From positions 64,001 to 128,000 of IMG/VR virus record IMGVR_UViG_3300028920_002946: DNA of 64,000 bases; one strand, written 5' to 3'. A program made the translations under genes and the position numbers. How positions within the stretch are numbered: the first letter of the stretch is position 1; every line of letters begins with the position of its first letter. Below the pieces are notes generated by a model, which had not been told where the DNA came from, made no database searches, and was given only the letters and a program-made list of their open reading frames with translations. The stretch is from a virus. This document shows, in pieces, positions 53,129 through 61,857 of this stretch.

Positions 53129-54037
53129 TTAAGCGCCGCGGAGCCAGCGGTCGAAGCGGAGGAGGATGCGCCTCAGATCCTTGGTGAGCATCCCGTAGGC
53201 CGTGTGGGCGATGTGAAGCGGCACGTAGTCGTAGTACGCCTGCGCTATGGCCCCGGCGAGGCACCCGAGGCTGTCGGCGTCGCCGCCGAGCGACACCGCC
53301 CGGCGCACGCAGTCCTCGTACGACGTGGAGCAGAGGAAGCATATGACGGCGTGGGGGACGGTGACCTGGCACGAGACGTCGAAACCGTTGGCGGGCCTTA
53401 TGTCGTCGTCGGTCTTGGACAGATCGTAGCCGTAGGACAGCTCCATGTAGCTTTTCAGGATGTCCTTGCTCGCCCCCATGCGGGCGAGGCTCACGGCCTG
53501 CACCGCCGCGTCGGCCCCCTTAAGGCCCTCGTCGTGGTTGTGGGTGACCTCCGCGGAAAGCCGGGACTGCCTGTGGAGCGAGTCGTGGTCCTTGTAGATC
53601 CAGCCAAGGGCGATGGCCCTGACCGCGCTCCCGTTGCCCCAGCTTTTGTACGGGCCGGCGACGCTCGACCCCACCCAGGACGAAAAGAGCCTCCCGTACC
53701 CCGCCCCCGGGTGGCGCTTGCAGACTTTCCTCAGATGCGAGGCGTAGTCCCCGTTCGACATGGCGGCCTCGGCGACCGCGAGGAGCATCACGGTGTCATC
53801 CGTGAACCGCGAGCCCTCCTTGAACAGGTCGAGTCCGTAATCCTTCTCCGGATGCCTCTCGCGCGTGGATCCTATGATATCCCCGGCGATGGCCCCTATG
53901 AGAGGGGTTTTGGACAGATCGACGCGCGTTTTGGGGGCGCGCCTATTCCCTGTATCTGCGGTAGATGATCGAGAGGACGCCGGTCGGGTTCCAATGCTGG
54001 CTTCCAGTATGCTTGCCGAGTTTGAGTTTTTGCGCAA
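53129..54037 (-). CDS. ADP-ribosylglycohydrolase (DraG/ARH family); start uncertain
   Basis: 'GAIAGDIIG', 'FTDDT', 'SWGNGSAVR', 'VTHNH', 'GGDADSLGCLAGAIA'. Confidence 0.9.
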   Translation of the reverse strand: MRKNSNSASILEASIGTRPASSRSSTADTGNRRAPKTRVDLSKTPLIGAIAGDIIGSTRERHPEKDYGLDLFKEGSRFTDDTVMLLAVAEAAMSNGDYASHLRKVCKRHPGAGYGRLFSSWVGSSVAGPYKSWGNGSAVRAIALGWIYKDHDSLHRQSRLSAEVTHNHDEGLKGADAAVQAVSLARMGASKDILKSYMELSYGYDLSKTDDDIRPANGFDVSCQVTVPHAVICFLCSTSYEDCVRRAVSLGGDADSLGCLAGAIAQAYYDYVPLHIAHTAYGMLTKDLRRILLRFDRWLRGA

Positions 54038-54140
54038 CTACATCCACCTTCCCCTTGTTCTCCGCCATCCATTTGCCAGCGGCCTCCCGAATGTCGTTCG
54101 GAGTGCCGGAGAACACCTTGAGTTCCCTGGACCCTTCCAT
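53943..54140 (-). CDS. 65-aa hypothetical protein
   Basis: SD AAGGGGG; protein-like. Confidence 0.55.
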   Translation of the reverse strand: MEGSRELKVFSGTPNDIREAAGKWMAENKGKVDVVAQKLKLGKHTGSQHWNPTGVLSIIYRRYRE

Positions 54141-54152
54141 GCCGTGCCCCCT

Positions 54153-54280
54153 TTCAAGAGGGCGCGGAGGTTAGCACTTACCTTTCGCCGCCGGCGAACG
54201 CCCTGCACCTAGCCGCGGGACGACTACTAGTGGCTTGACCGTATGTAGCAGGGATACAGCTCCTCCGCGCCTACCTTGAA
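54153..54280. ncRNA. Candidate structured RNA
   Basis: Nested stems: ggcgcggagg (54161-70) with cctccgcgcc (54262-71); ttcaag/cttgaa; ccctgc/gcaggg; agccgc/gtggct; side hairpin ttcgcc-gcc-ggcgaa. Confidence 0.5.
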
Positions 54281-54325
54281 TATACTATCTAGCGCCCATT
54301 TTGTTGAGCAAAGGCCGGAGGATAG

Positions 54326-54955
54326 TCATGAAACCTCGTCGTATTTCACCCGCTTGCCGCGGTTGAAGTGCGGGAGGATGACCTCGTGCATCATGTAGAG
54401 GTTCCCCTTGACGTAGACGGCGAGGTCGTGGACGGTCGCAAGCTCCTTGTGGTCCTCCTTGAGGGAGGCCAGCTTGCCGATGGCCCGCTCGAAGCGGTGG
54501 CGGACCTTCACCTGCGTCATCCGCTTGTCGCCGCGGAGCCTGTGCCTCTTGTTGAGTATCGCGGCGGTGCGCGACTGGCACGTGGTCTCTATCATCGTCT
54601 GGATGACGTCTATGTCGAAGGGGTCGAAATGGCCGGCGAGGAGTTCGCCGAGGTCGCCCTCGACCTTGGGCATGTCCCTGAGGAACTCCAGCCTCCGGAT
54701 GGCCCTGCAGAGCCTGTGGCTGACGGCCCCCTGGGTGACGCCGAAGAACGCGGCGATCTCCTTCTGCTTCTTCCTGGCGCGGCAGTACATCTCGATGAGG
54801 TCCTGCTCGCGCTGCGGCAGCCGGCTGATGAACTCCTGGTAGTCCTCCAGCCTGAACTGGCTGCTCTGCAGCTTGTAGAAGGAGTACTTCTCGGAGGAGA
54901 AGCGGTTCTGTATCTCGAGCGGGTCCATGCTGCGATAGCGCCTTGATGACATCAA
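54326..54955 (-). CDS. Sigma-70 region-4-like HTH protein (candidate phage sigma or late activator)
   Basis: 'LPQREQDLIEMY...KQKEIAAFFGVTQGAVSHRL.RAIRRL'; a second HTH-like segment follows. Confidence 0.7.
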   Translation of the reverse strand: MMSSRRYRSMDPLEIQNRFSSEKYSFYKLQSSQFRLEDYQEFISRLPQREQDLIEMYCRARKKQKEIAAFFGVTQGAVSHRLCRAIRRLEFLRDMPKVEGDLGELLAGHFDPFDIDVIQTMIETTCQSRTAAILNKRHRLRGDKRMTQVKVRHRFERAIGKLASLKEDHKELATVHDLAVYVKGNLYMMHEVILPHFNRGKRVKYDEVS

Positions 54956-54965
54956 CCACCACCTT

Positions 54966-55892
54966 TCAGAACAGCGAGTACGTCTCCACCTTCTCGGCCG
55001 TGACGGATTCCCCGTATCTCACATTGAGGGACGAGGCGAACAGATCCCCCACGGCATCCGGATCCACTGACTTGACGCTGTAGGATTTCAGCACCTCGGC
55101 CATAACCCCCTTGTCCACGGACCCCGGCGTCTCGACGATGCCGCCGACGTCCTCCCTCAGCTTCATAAGCGCCATATTTCGGTAGGCCGCGTCCCTGAAT
55201 CCCTTGAAAGCCGCCCTCTCCCTCTCGGTAAGCGACGCAGCCCCCAACGCGGAGTAGAGCGCGTCAATCCCCTTGTGTTCGGAGATGAGCGACGCCACGA
55301 CCTTGCGCCTCACGCGGGGTATCCCGCCGAGGCCGTCGCTCTGGTCGCCGTCGAAGCTCCTGAACTGCGCCAGGAGAGCCGGCGGGACGCCGAACCGTTC
55401 GACCACGGCCGACTCGTCGTAGAACCTTTCGGGCTTCTGGCCGCTTTTGGGCCTGAACACGATTATCTTGCCGTCCTCGACCAACTGAAGGAAGTCTTTG
55501 TCGTTTGAATATACCACTATATGGCCGTCCTGGCAACGCCAACGCGAAACCAAGGTCGCGACGACATCGTCGGCCTCCTCGTCCGGGCATCTGTATTGGT
55601 CGACGCCGCAAGCGGTTAGGAACCTTTCCAGATCCCTGACCTCGTCCATCACAGGGTTCGGGAGGCGGGTGCGGTCGGCCTTGTAGTCAGGCTTGATCTC
55701 CAGCTTCCGCCTCGAGCGGCTGTCCCACACGACGGCAAACTTGTAGCCCCGGTATCGTTTCTTCAAAGAAACGATGGTGCGCACGAAGCCGAAGAACATG
55801 CCGGACGGCCTGCCATCCGCCGTCTTCAGTTCGAAGTTGGCGTTGTGCGACCTGTGGGCCAGGTTCATGCCGTCTATGACGAATCTGTTCAT
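54966..55892 (-). CDS. 5'-3' exonuclease / flap endonuclease (PolA N-terminal-like)
   Basis: 'VIDGMNLAHR', 'VVWD', 'YKADR', 'EEADDVVATL', 'SNDKDFLQL', H3TH 'GDQSDGLGGIPRV'. Confidence 0.9.
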   Translation of the reverse strand: MNRFVIDGMNLAHRSHNANFELKTADGRPSGMFFGFVRTIVSLKKRYRGYKFAVVWDSRSRRKLEIKPDYKADRTRLPNPVMDEVRDLERFLTACGVDQYRCPDEEADDVVATLVSRWRCQDGHIVVYSNDKDFLQLVEDGKIIVFRPKSGQKPERFYDESAVVERFGVPPALLAQFRSFDGDQSDGLGGIPRVRRKVVASLISEHKGIDALYSALGAASLTERERAAFKGFRDAAYRNMALMKLREDVGGIVETPGSVDKGVMAEVLKSYSVKSVDPDAVGDLFASSLNVRYGESVTAEKVETYSLF

Positions 55893-55900
55893 ACCGCCCC

Positions 55901-56605
55901 TCACTGTTGCTGTATCTCCATGTTGAGGACGCTGATCGGGGCCTGCACGGTGCGCGAGGACCGCTTGAACACCACGCTCGCCGTTCTCCTGTCCCGCGCG
56001 ACCGACTTGACCTTCCCCTCGAGATTCTTGAACGTGCCGACCTTCGGGACGATGATATCGCCCCTCTTCGGGGCGAGATCCTTGATGGAGGAGACGATTT
56101 GCCTCTTGAACTTGTTGATCTCCCCGCCGGTGACGGTGTCCGGGCGGTTGCCCCGTATCTCGCCCCTCAGGTACGGGCTCTGCATCTTGGCGAGCATCGA
56201 CTCGGATTCCTCCGTCTTCTCGATGAAGACGTACCCCGCTATGAGGTCTATCCCGACGCACTTGTCCTTGACCCTCTCCACGTAGGCCGGTATGAAAAAG
56301 CCGGTGCGATCGCCGAATATGCGGACGATCTCGCACTCCAGGAGGTCGTACATCGTGTGCGTGTCGGACTCCTGATCGTGCAACTCGACGATCATCCACA
56401 CACCGTCGCGCCTGTGCTTGGAGGACAGGTCGCGCGAGGCCGCCACATTCGCCGGCACCGCCTTCGGCCTCGTCCTCGAGCCCTTCGGCCTGCCCCTCCT
56501 TCTCTTGGGGGGGCCCGCCCCGATCGCCCTGCGCCCCCTTTTTCTCGCCACCTTCTTGGCCGGCCTGCGGCCCCGCGCCGGAGCGCGGTCAGATTTTCTC
56601 CCCAT
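55901..56605 (-). CDS. NusG-like transcription factor
   Basis: NGN 'WMIV...FFIP...AGYVFIE'; KOW 'GDIIVPKVGTFKNLEGKV'; basic N-terminal extension. Confidence 0.75.
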   Translation of the reverse strand: MGRKSDRAPARGRRPAKKVARKRGRRAIGAGPPKRRRGRPKGSRTRPKAVPANVAASRDLSSKHRRDGVWMIVELHDQESDTHTMYDLLECEIVRIFGDRTGFFIPAYVERVKDKCVGIDLIAGYVFIEKTEESESMLAKMQSPYLRGEIRGNRPDTVTGGEINKFKRQIVSSIKDLAPKRGDIIVPKVGTFKNLEGKVKSVARDRRTASVVFKRSSRTVQAPISVLNMEIQQQ

Positions 56606-57950
56606 CTGTGCTTCCCTTGAGAACGCGTTCCACGTCATCCCTCGAAACCGGCCGCCTGTGCGGCAGCTCCTCGATTTTCTCTTTTTGCTCGGGTCCCCAA
56701 ATCTTGGACACCCTCTCCGGGACGCGTTCATCGACCCTCTGCCTTCTCCTGCCCTCCTTGTACCCTCTGACGACATCCTCCCTCTTGCCGCTCGGCAACT
56801 GCGCCAGTTCGCTTATGGACGGCGCGCGCGACACGCCAGCCTCCGGCCCCTCCTCCCGCCGGCCCTTGGCCTGCGGCCGCTCCTGCCGCGCCGGGACCTC
56901 CTGAGGCACGAACGAACCCCTTCTGAACCTGTAATGTATGATCAATAGGTCGCTCTGGAACATGGGGAGGTCGTTCAGCCTGTTCCTCGAAACTATGTAG
57001 TCCAGTACCTCGAACGCCATGGCCCCGTACTTGCGGTTCACGGCCTCGACGAGATCGCGGTACCGCCCGGGGGCGAAGGGGAGCCCGTTCGCCAGCTTCA
57101 CGGCGTCGATCAGTATCCTCACGGCGAGAGCGTATATGCGGTGCACCGACATCTTGGACACGAGATAGTTGGCAAAGGTGAGCGCCTTCGCGAGATCGTC
57201 CGGGATGGTCATCAGCATACCCGCCGTCTCGTCCGTGTACATCGCCACGGCCTTCTTGACGTTGTCGCGGGTGATGTCGCCGAGCATCGACACCTGCCGC
57301 AGCCTGTTCTCGGCGTCGCGGTAGTGCCTCCCGACTGCCCTGACGATCTCGTCGAGCGCGCCGTCCTCGTGCTCCAGGCCCTTCGCCACGCATATCATCT
57401 CCAGCTTCGACCGGATGTTCCCGTCGCTCGGCTCCTGGATGGAGAACTCCATGCACCTCGACCGCAGGGTCTGGTGCATCTTCTCCGGGGCCGTGGTGCA
57501 GAATATGATGATGACATTGGGGTCGCGTTTCTCCAAATGCGTCAGGAGCGCGTCCTTGCCCGCGTCCGATATGTCGTGCGCCTCGTCGAAGAGGATTATC
57601 TTGCGGCTGGACAGGGTTTCGTAGCGGAGGCTGTCCTTGATGTCCTGGATCCTCTCCTTGGTGCCCTGGTTGGCGGCGTCTATCTCGAGGTAGGCCGAGT
57701 TCCTGTCCTCCAAGAACTCCCGGCAGGATCGGCACTCGTTGCAGGGGGACATGTCCCCGCGCCGGTTCTCGCACAGCACGGCCCGCGCGAATATCCTCCC
57801 GAGCGTGGTCTTCCCCGTGGCGTGCGACCCGCCGAAGATGTAGCCCTGGTCGTAGTCCTGCCTGCGCAGGATGTTGCGCAGTATCTCCTTGACGTCCTCC
57901 AACCCGAGGACCTCGTCGAACACCAGCGGTCTGAACTCTACACCGAACAA
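56589..57950 (-). CDS. dnaX: DNA polymerase III gamma/tau-like clamp-loader subunit
   Basis: 'FRPLVFDEVLG', Walker A variant 'GSHATGKTT', Zn 'C...PCNECRSC', 'EIDAA', 'DEAH', 'LRSRC'. Confidence 0.9.
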   Translation of the reverse strand: MFGVEFRPLVFDEVLGLEDVKEILRNILRRQDYDQGYIFGGSHATGKTTLGRIFARAVLCENRRGDMSPCNECRSCREFLEDRNSAYLEIDAANQGTKERIQDIKDSLRYETLSSRKIILFDEAHDISDAGKDALLTHLEKRDPNVIIIFCTTAPEKMHQTLRSRCMEFSIQEPSDGNIRSKLEMICVAKGLEHEDGALDEIVRAVGRHYRDAENRLRQVSMLGDITRDNVKKAVAMYTDETAGMLMTIPDDLAKALTFANYLVSKMSVHRIYALAVRILIDAVKLANGLPFAPGRYRDLVEAVNRKYGAMAFEVLDYIVSRNRLNDLPMFQSDLLIIHYRFRRGSFVPQEVPARQERPQAKGRREEGPEAGVSRAPSISELAQLPSGKREDVVRGYKEGRRRQRVDERVPERVSKIWGPEQKEKIEELPHRRPVSRDDVERVLKGSTDGEKI

Positions 57951-58522
57951 GTGTCACCCCGTTTCTTCTTTTTTCGCACCATCTCGCATCGGCCCGTGCC
58001 CTCCCCGGGCAGCGAGCCGACCCCAACATACCCGCCCACGGTCTCCGAAGCCGGCCTGCTGAGCATCACGACCTTGTACTCCCGAAGCCGGTTGGACTTT
58101 ATCACGTCGGAGATGGAGGCTGCGAAATCCTTCGGCTTGACGTACATGTCGACAAGCACGGGCCTCAAGGTTTTCCATTCGCCGCCTTTGAAACTGATGG
58201 AGGGCTTCTTGACGCTTTCGCCCACGGTGTACGTTCTCCTGAACCACCTCGTGTAGAGGGGGATCTCCGCCCACCCGACGCGCTGCAGGTCAATCTTGCC
58301 CCGATCCACCCCGAACCCCGACACATAGTCGGCAATGGACTCGGCGTCCCAGCCGAACTTTGACACATAGTGGCCATAACTCGACCTATCGAGGGCTTTG
58401 AGCGCCGTCCGAAGGAGGCTCCTGCCGGGCCGAAAGGCGAAATCAATGCTCCATTCGCCCGACTTCGTGCACCTCAAGCCGGTGGATTCCATGATTTTGA
58501 CCACCTCGGACTGTGACTTCAT
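57938..58522 (-). CDS. Hypothetical protein (MKSQSEVV...)
   Basis: ATGA overlap with the primase stop. Confidence 0.6.
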   Translation of the reverse strand: MKSQSEVVKIMESTGLRCTKSGEWSIDFAFRPGRSLLRTALKALDRSSYGHYVSKFGWDAESIADYVSGFGVDRGKIDLQRVGWAEIPLYTRWFRRTYTVGESVKKPSISFKGGEWKTLRPVLVDMYVKPKDFAASISDVIKSNRLREYKVVMLSRPASETVGGYVGVGSLPGEGTGRCEMVRKKKKRGDTCSV

Positions 58523-59220
58523 GCGGCGTCCTCCTGCAGCACGCGGGGGACGCGCGACTTGACATGCCTCACGAACCTGTCCGGCCCCATCACCTTGAGA
58601 AGGTCGTTGGCGTCCGAGTCCCCCATGCTCACGAACTCCAGCCTCGACGTCCCGTACTCCTGGGCCAGCTTGTACCGCCCTATGTCTCCGGCCTTGTCCT
58701 GGTCGAACACGACGATGACGAGGTCCACCAGGAACGTGAGCAGTTCGTACTGGGCCTTCCCGAGGAAGGATGTCAGGCAGGCGACGGAGTTGGGGAACGC
58801 CTTGGAGAAGGCCATGCAGTTGAACGCGCCCTCGTGCACGAACACCCTCCTCGTCCTGCGGATTTCCGGCAGCGCCTCGCGCAGCCCGAAGAAGGCGCCG
58901 ATGGCCTTCGCCTCGGACAGCAGGAACTGCACGTACCTCTTCTCCGACAGCGCGCGCGTCTGCAGCCCGTTCACGTTGCCGAGGATGTTGCGCAGCGGGA
59001 TGAGGATGCGGTTCTCGAGCCCCTTGAACCCGTAGCTGGCCTCCTTGAGGTCCTCGTAGTCGGGCGACTTCGACTTGGGGGGCCGCGCCACACGGGTGTA
59101 CCCGATGCCCCACTTGGACATGTCCCCCGTGGAGAAGCCGCGCGACGCCATGTAGCGCACCGCCTCCTCGTGCTCCAGGGCGGACCGGGAGGCCCTATCG
59201 ACCAGACCGTCGAGATACAC
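58519..59220 (-). CDS. DnaG-like primase catalytic core (Toprim) without a zinc-binding domain
   Basis: 'YMASRGF', 'RILIPLR...G...GLQTR', 'FFGL', Toprim 'VHEGAFN' and 'VFDQDKAG'. Confidence 0.8.
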   Translation of the reverse strand: MYLDGLVDRASRSALEHEEAVRYMASRGFSTGDMSKWGIGYTRVARPPKSKSPDYEDLKEASYGFKGLENRILIPLRNILGNVNGLQTRALSEKRYVQFLLSEAKAIGAFFGLREALPEIRRTRRVFVHEGAFNCMAFSKAFPNSVACLTSFLGKAQYELLTFLVDLVIVVFDQDKAGDIGRYKLAQEYGTSRLEFVSMGDSDANDLLKVMGPDRFVRHVKSRVPRVLQEDAA

Positions 59221-59689
59221 GTCCCTTGCCTTTCTTCCCTGAGGGCTTCCCGGCGGCCCGCCTTGCGGGCTTTTTGGCCGTTTTCGCCCCCGGTTTCTCG
59301 AGCCTGAACAGAGCCTGCTTCCTCTCCTTGAGAATGTCGTCCAAAACCCATGCCGGCATGGGCGAGAAAAGTTCGAGCTCGGTCCCCGGGAACCTCCGCG
59401 GCATGACCTCCTCGATCACCATGCCACGCTGGCCGTCATTGACCAGCTCGGGGTAGAATATGGACAGGACGAACTTGAAGTCGCGCGGATCCAGCTTGCC
59501 CCACTTGCCCGACTTCTCCCGGGCCTCCAGAAGCATCCGGCCCTCCTCGGTGTCCCAATCGAACACCTTCGACACGCGGGCCAGCCTGTTGGCCATCGGG
59601 ATGTTGAAACGGGGGTTCGCGTCGCGGAGCCACCTGTCGGCGTGCGCCGTGATGAATACGACCCTGTTGAGAAGTTCGCTGTCCTCCAT
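59195..59689 (-). CDS. Hypothetical protein, possibly leaderless
   Basis: TATATT 5 nt upstream of ATG 59689. Confidence 0.6.
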   Translation of the reverse strand: MEDSELLNRVVFITAHADRWLRDANPRFNIPMANRLARVSKVFDWDTEEGRMLLEAREKSGKWGKLDPRDFKFVLSIFYPELVNDGQRGMVIEEVMPRRFPGTELELFSPMPAWVLDDILKERKQALFRLEKPGAKTAKKPARRAAGKPSGKKGKGRVSRRSGR

Positions 59690-59754
59690 GCCTAAATATA
59701 ACGGCATGGCAGGCGGAAATTAAACGGGATCCTCAGGTTCGGTCGCATTAACCG

Positions 59755-60084
59755 CTAAAGCGAGCGTATGATGTCGAGGACGTCGATATCCCTCTGAAGC
59801 AGATGGTGCAGCTCCTCCATGCTCCTCGTGCTCACGATATCCTTCGCCTCGGCGCTCAGCTTGGTGGCCGTGATGTTGCCGCACGGGCGCACCCTGTGCA
59901 GCCTCATCAGTTCCGTGACCGCGGAAACGGGCACCGTGAACAGCCTGTTCTGGTGCATGACGAGCACCCTGCCGCACCCGGCGCATATGATCATGACCGG
60001 GCTGGCCTCCTCGCACACCATCTTCGTCTGCGTCTGGCACGTGGGGCACTTCACCAGGTATTCGGACATTTCGACTTCATTCAT
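59755..60084 (-). CDS. Zinc-ribbon protein
   Basis: CPTC...CAGC. Confidence 0.65.
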   Translation of the reverse strand: MNEVEMSEYLVKCPTCQTQTKMVCEEASPVMIICAGCGRVLVMHQNRLFTVPVSAVTELMRLHRVRPCGNITATKLSAEAKDIVSTRSMEELHHLLQRDIDVLDIIRSL

Positions 60085-60097
60085 GAGCCATCCCCCT

Positions 60098-60610
60098 TCA
60101 GCTGACCACGACCGACAGCGAATTCGCCAACAGGTTGACGCCGAGCGCGTGAAGGTACTCGTCGGAGGAGGATGTCAGCGCCTCCGGCACAACCACCTCG
60201 TAGTCCCTGTTCCTCAGCTCCTCCGCCGTGAAAAGCACGGCCATGTGCGTCTCGAGGCCGACGACGTGCACCCGCTCCGGCCTCGCCTTACCCAACTCCG
60301 AGTCGAGCATCGTCGCGAAGAAGGCGCTCGGCCTGGTGGCGTTCACGATGAGCTTCAAGTGGGGCTTGAACGCCTCCGGTATGTCCACGTCGTGCGACCC
60401 GACGACCGAGTGGCTCCTGCCCCTGCGGTAGAAGGTGTCGCTGGCGTGGTGCACCTCCCGCACCCCGAATATCAACCCCCCGCGCGCCCTCTGCTCGCGC
60501 AGGTAGGACTCCATCCTCACCTTCAGCACGTCCGCCCGGTCCCCGAGGTACATCGAGCCCTTCTTCGAGAACCACGCGTTCTGCAGCCCGCAGGCTATCA
60601 CCGCATCCAC
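60098..60610 (-). CDS. Isochorismatase/nicotinamidase-fold protein lacking the catalytic triad
   Basis: 'LQNAW', 'REVH', 'HSVVGS', 'RPSAFFATML', 'VHVVGLETHMAV', 'YEVVVPEALTSS'. Confidence 0.75.
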   Translation of the reverse strand: MDAVIACGLQNAWFSKKGSMYLGDRADVLKVRMESYLREQRARGGLIFGVREVHHASDTFYRRGRSHSVVGSHDVDIPEAFKPHLKLIVNATRPSAFFATMLDSELGKARPERVHVVGLETHMAVLFTAEELRNRDYEVVVPEALTSSSDEYLHALGVNLLANSLSVVVS

Positions 60611-60750
60611 GACGACACCGCCCGGACGACCCCCGACCACCATATCCGGATCCGGCACCAGAGCGAAAGCCTTATGACGGCCCGCCTGTCGGGTGGCGAC
60701 GCGACGAACGAAAAGTCCACGAGCCTGTAGCCCTCCGAAACTTCGGCCAT
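60598..60750 (-). CDS. 50-aa hypothetical protein
   Basis: TGATG coupling to the upstream gene; fills the gap. Confidence 0.45.
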   Translation of the reverse strand: MAEVSEGYRLVDFSFVASPPDRRAVIRLSLWCRIRIWWSGVVRAVSSWMR

Positions 60751-60983
60751 CACCAGTCCTCCTCCGGATCCTCCCCGAGCACCTCTATGCACGCCTGGCG
60801 GAACGCCTGCTGGCGGACGTCGGCGAGGGCCTTCATCTCCTCATTGTACCGCCGCCTCTCCCTCCAGGTCAACCTCCCGAACTTGGGCTTCAGCATCCTG
60901 TCGCCATGCCCACCGAAACCGACCTCGCACGACACCTTGTCGATCACCTTCTTCAGCTTCCTCGGGACCTTCGGCCGCCTCAT
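60750..60983 (-). CDS. Basic hypothetical protein (MRRPKV...)
   Basis: ATGA overlap with the upstream stop. Confidence 0.55.
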   Translation of the reverse strand: MRRPKVPRKLKKVIDKVSCEVGFGGHGDRMLKPKFGRLTWRERRRYNEEMKALADVRQQAFRQACIEVLGEDPEEDW

Positions 60984-61468
60984 CTCGCCCCCGCCTGCTT
61001 GCAGTTGTCGGAGCAATACTTCGCGTACTTCCCCTTGTGGGAGAAAAACCTCTTGCACACGGGGCAGCGCTTCAACTCACGGATGCCGTACATCTTCAGG
61101 TAAAGGCACATGTTGTAGCACACCACGGCCTCCGGCCACGGGGCGTCGGCCGCCTTTATGGCCACATTCCTCTTCTCCCCCGCCCTGCCGCCCTGCAGCG
61201 GCTCCACGAACTCCTCCAGGGACGGCTTCATGTAGGAGTCGACGTAGTTGACGACCCGCCTGGACACGCCGTTCTCGACGAGGTCCACGAGCATCTTTTT
61301 GAAGTCGGCCCTGAACTGCGACATGTCCGGCAGGCTCTCGACCGCCCTCCCGGCCGTCTCCGCCGTGAACCCGTGGTCTGACTCGGACAGCGCGGAAACG
61401 ACGTCCTGCGCGCCCGCGTCGCCGTTGGCGAACCTCACGAAGAGTGGCTCGACCCTTCCCGCCGGCAT
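60980..61468 (-). CDS. CGNR-like zinc-finger protein
   Basis: 'LKRCPVCKRFF...KYCSDNCK'. Confidence 0.7.
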   Translation of the reverse strand: MPAGRVEPLFVRFANGDAGAQDVVSALSESDHGFTAETAGRAVESLPDMSQFRADFKKMLVDLVENGVSRRVVNYVDSYMKPSLEEFVEPLQGGRAGEKRNVAIKAADAPWPEAVVCYNMCLYLKMYGIRELKRCPVCKRFFSHKGKYAKYCSDNCKQAGAR

Positions 61469-61472
61469 CGCG

Positions 61473-61793
61473 CTACCCCAGTATCCTCATGAACCTGTTC
61501 ATCCTCGCCGCCCTCTTCTTCTGCGCCGAGAGGAGATGGACCTTCCTGCGCTTCGGGTCAACCCTCAGCCGGAGATCCGGCACCTTTTCGCAGCCGATCG
61601 GTATCACGAACACGGCCGCCGTGATGCCCGCCGCAATCTGCCTCTCGAGGTGGCCCAGGACATCCCCCTTGCCGACGAGCATCCCGGATCCGACGTGCTC
61701 CTCGACCATGCGGTAGGCCTCGGACACCACCTCCCGGAGCCTGTCGACGTCGAGATCCAGCCTCGGCCTTGGAACTTCGGAACCCACGGGCAC
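61473..61793 (-). CDS. Hypothetical protein
   Basis: GTG start with SD GAGGGG. Confidence 0.6.
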   Translation of the reverse strand: MPVGSEVPRPRLDLDVDRLREVVSEAYRMVEEHVGSGMLVGKGDVLGHLERQIAAGITAAVFVIPIGCEKVPDLRLRVDPKRRKVHLLSAQKKRAARMNRFMRILG

Positions 61794-61857
61794 CCCCTCA
61801 TGGGCGCAGACTAAATCAACTCGTTATTACGTGTTTGACCTGCGCGACACGGCCCCG

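Noticed and set aside
54161-54271. Twister, hammerhead, SRP or known riboswitch identity for the structured region
   Set aside because: Only short fragments resemble known cores (GGTCAAGCC, CGAAA); the required conserved elements and order are missing.
56680-56695. dnaX-type programmed -1 frameshift
   Set aside because: Only CAAAAAG (five A) near the C-terminus; no A-AAA-AAG heptamer.
61815-61829. TAATaacGAgtTGAT as a 12th late-promoter copy
   Set aside because: Lacks the otherwise invariant CT and lies in the early region; treated as a near miss.
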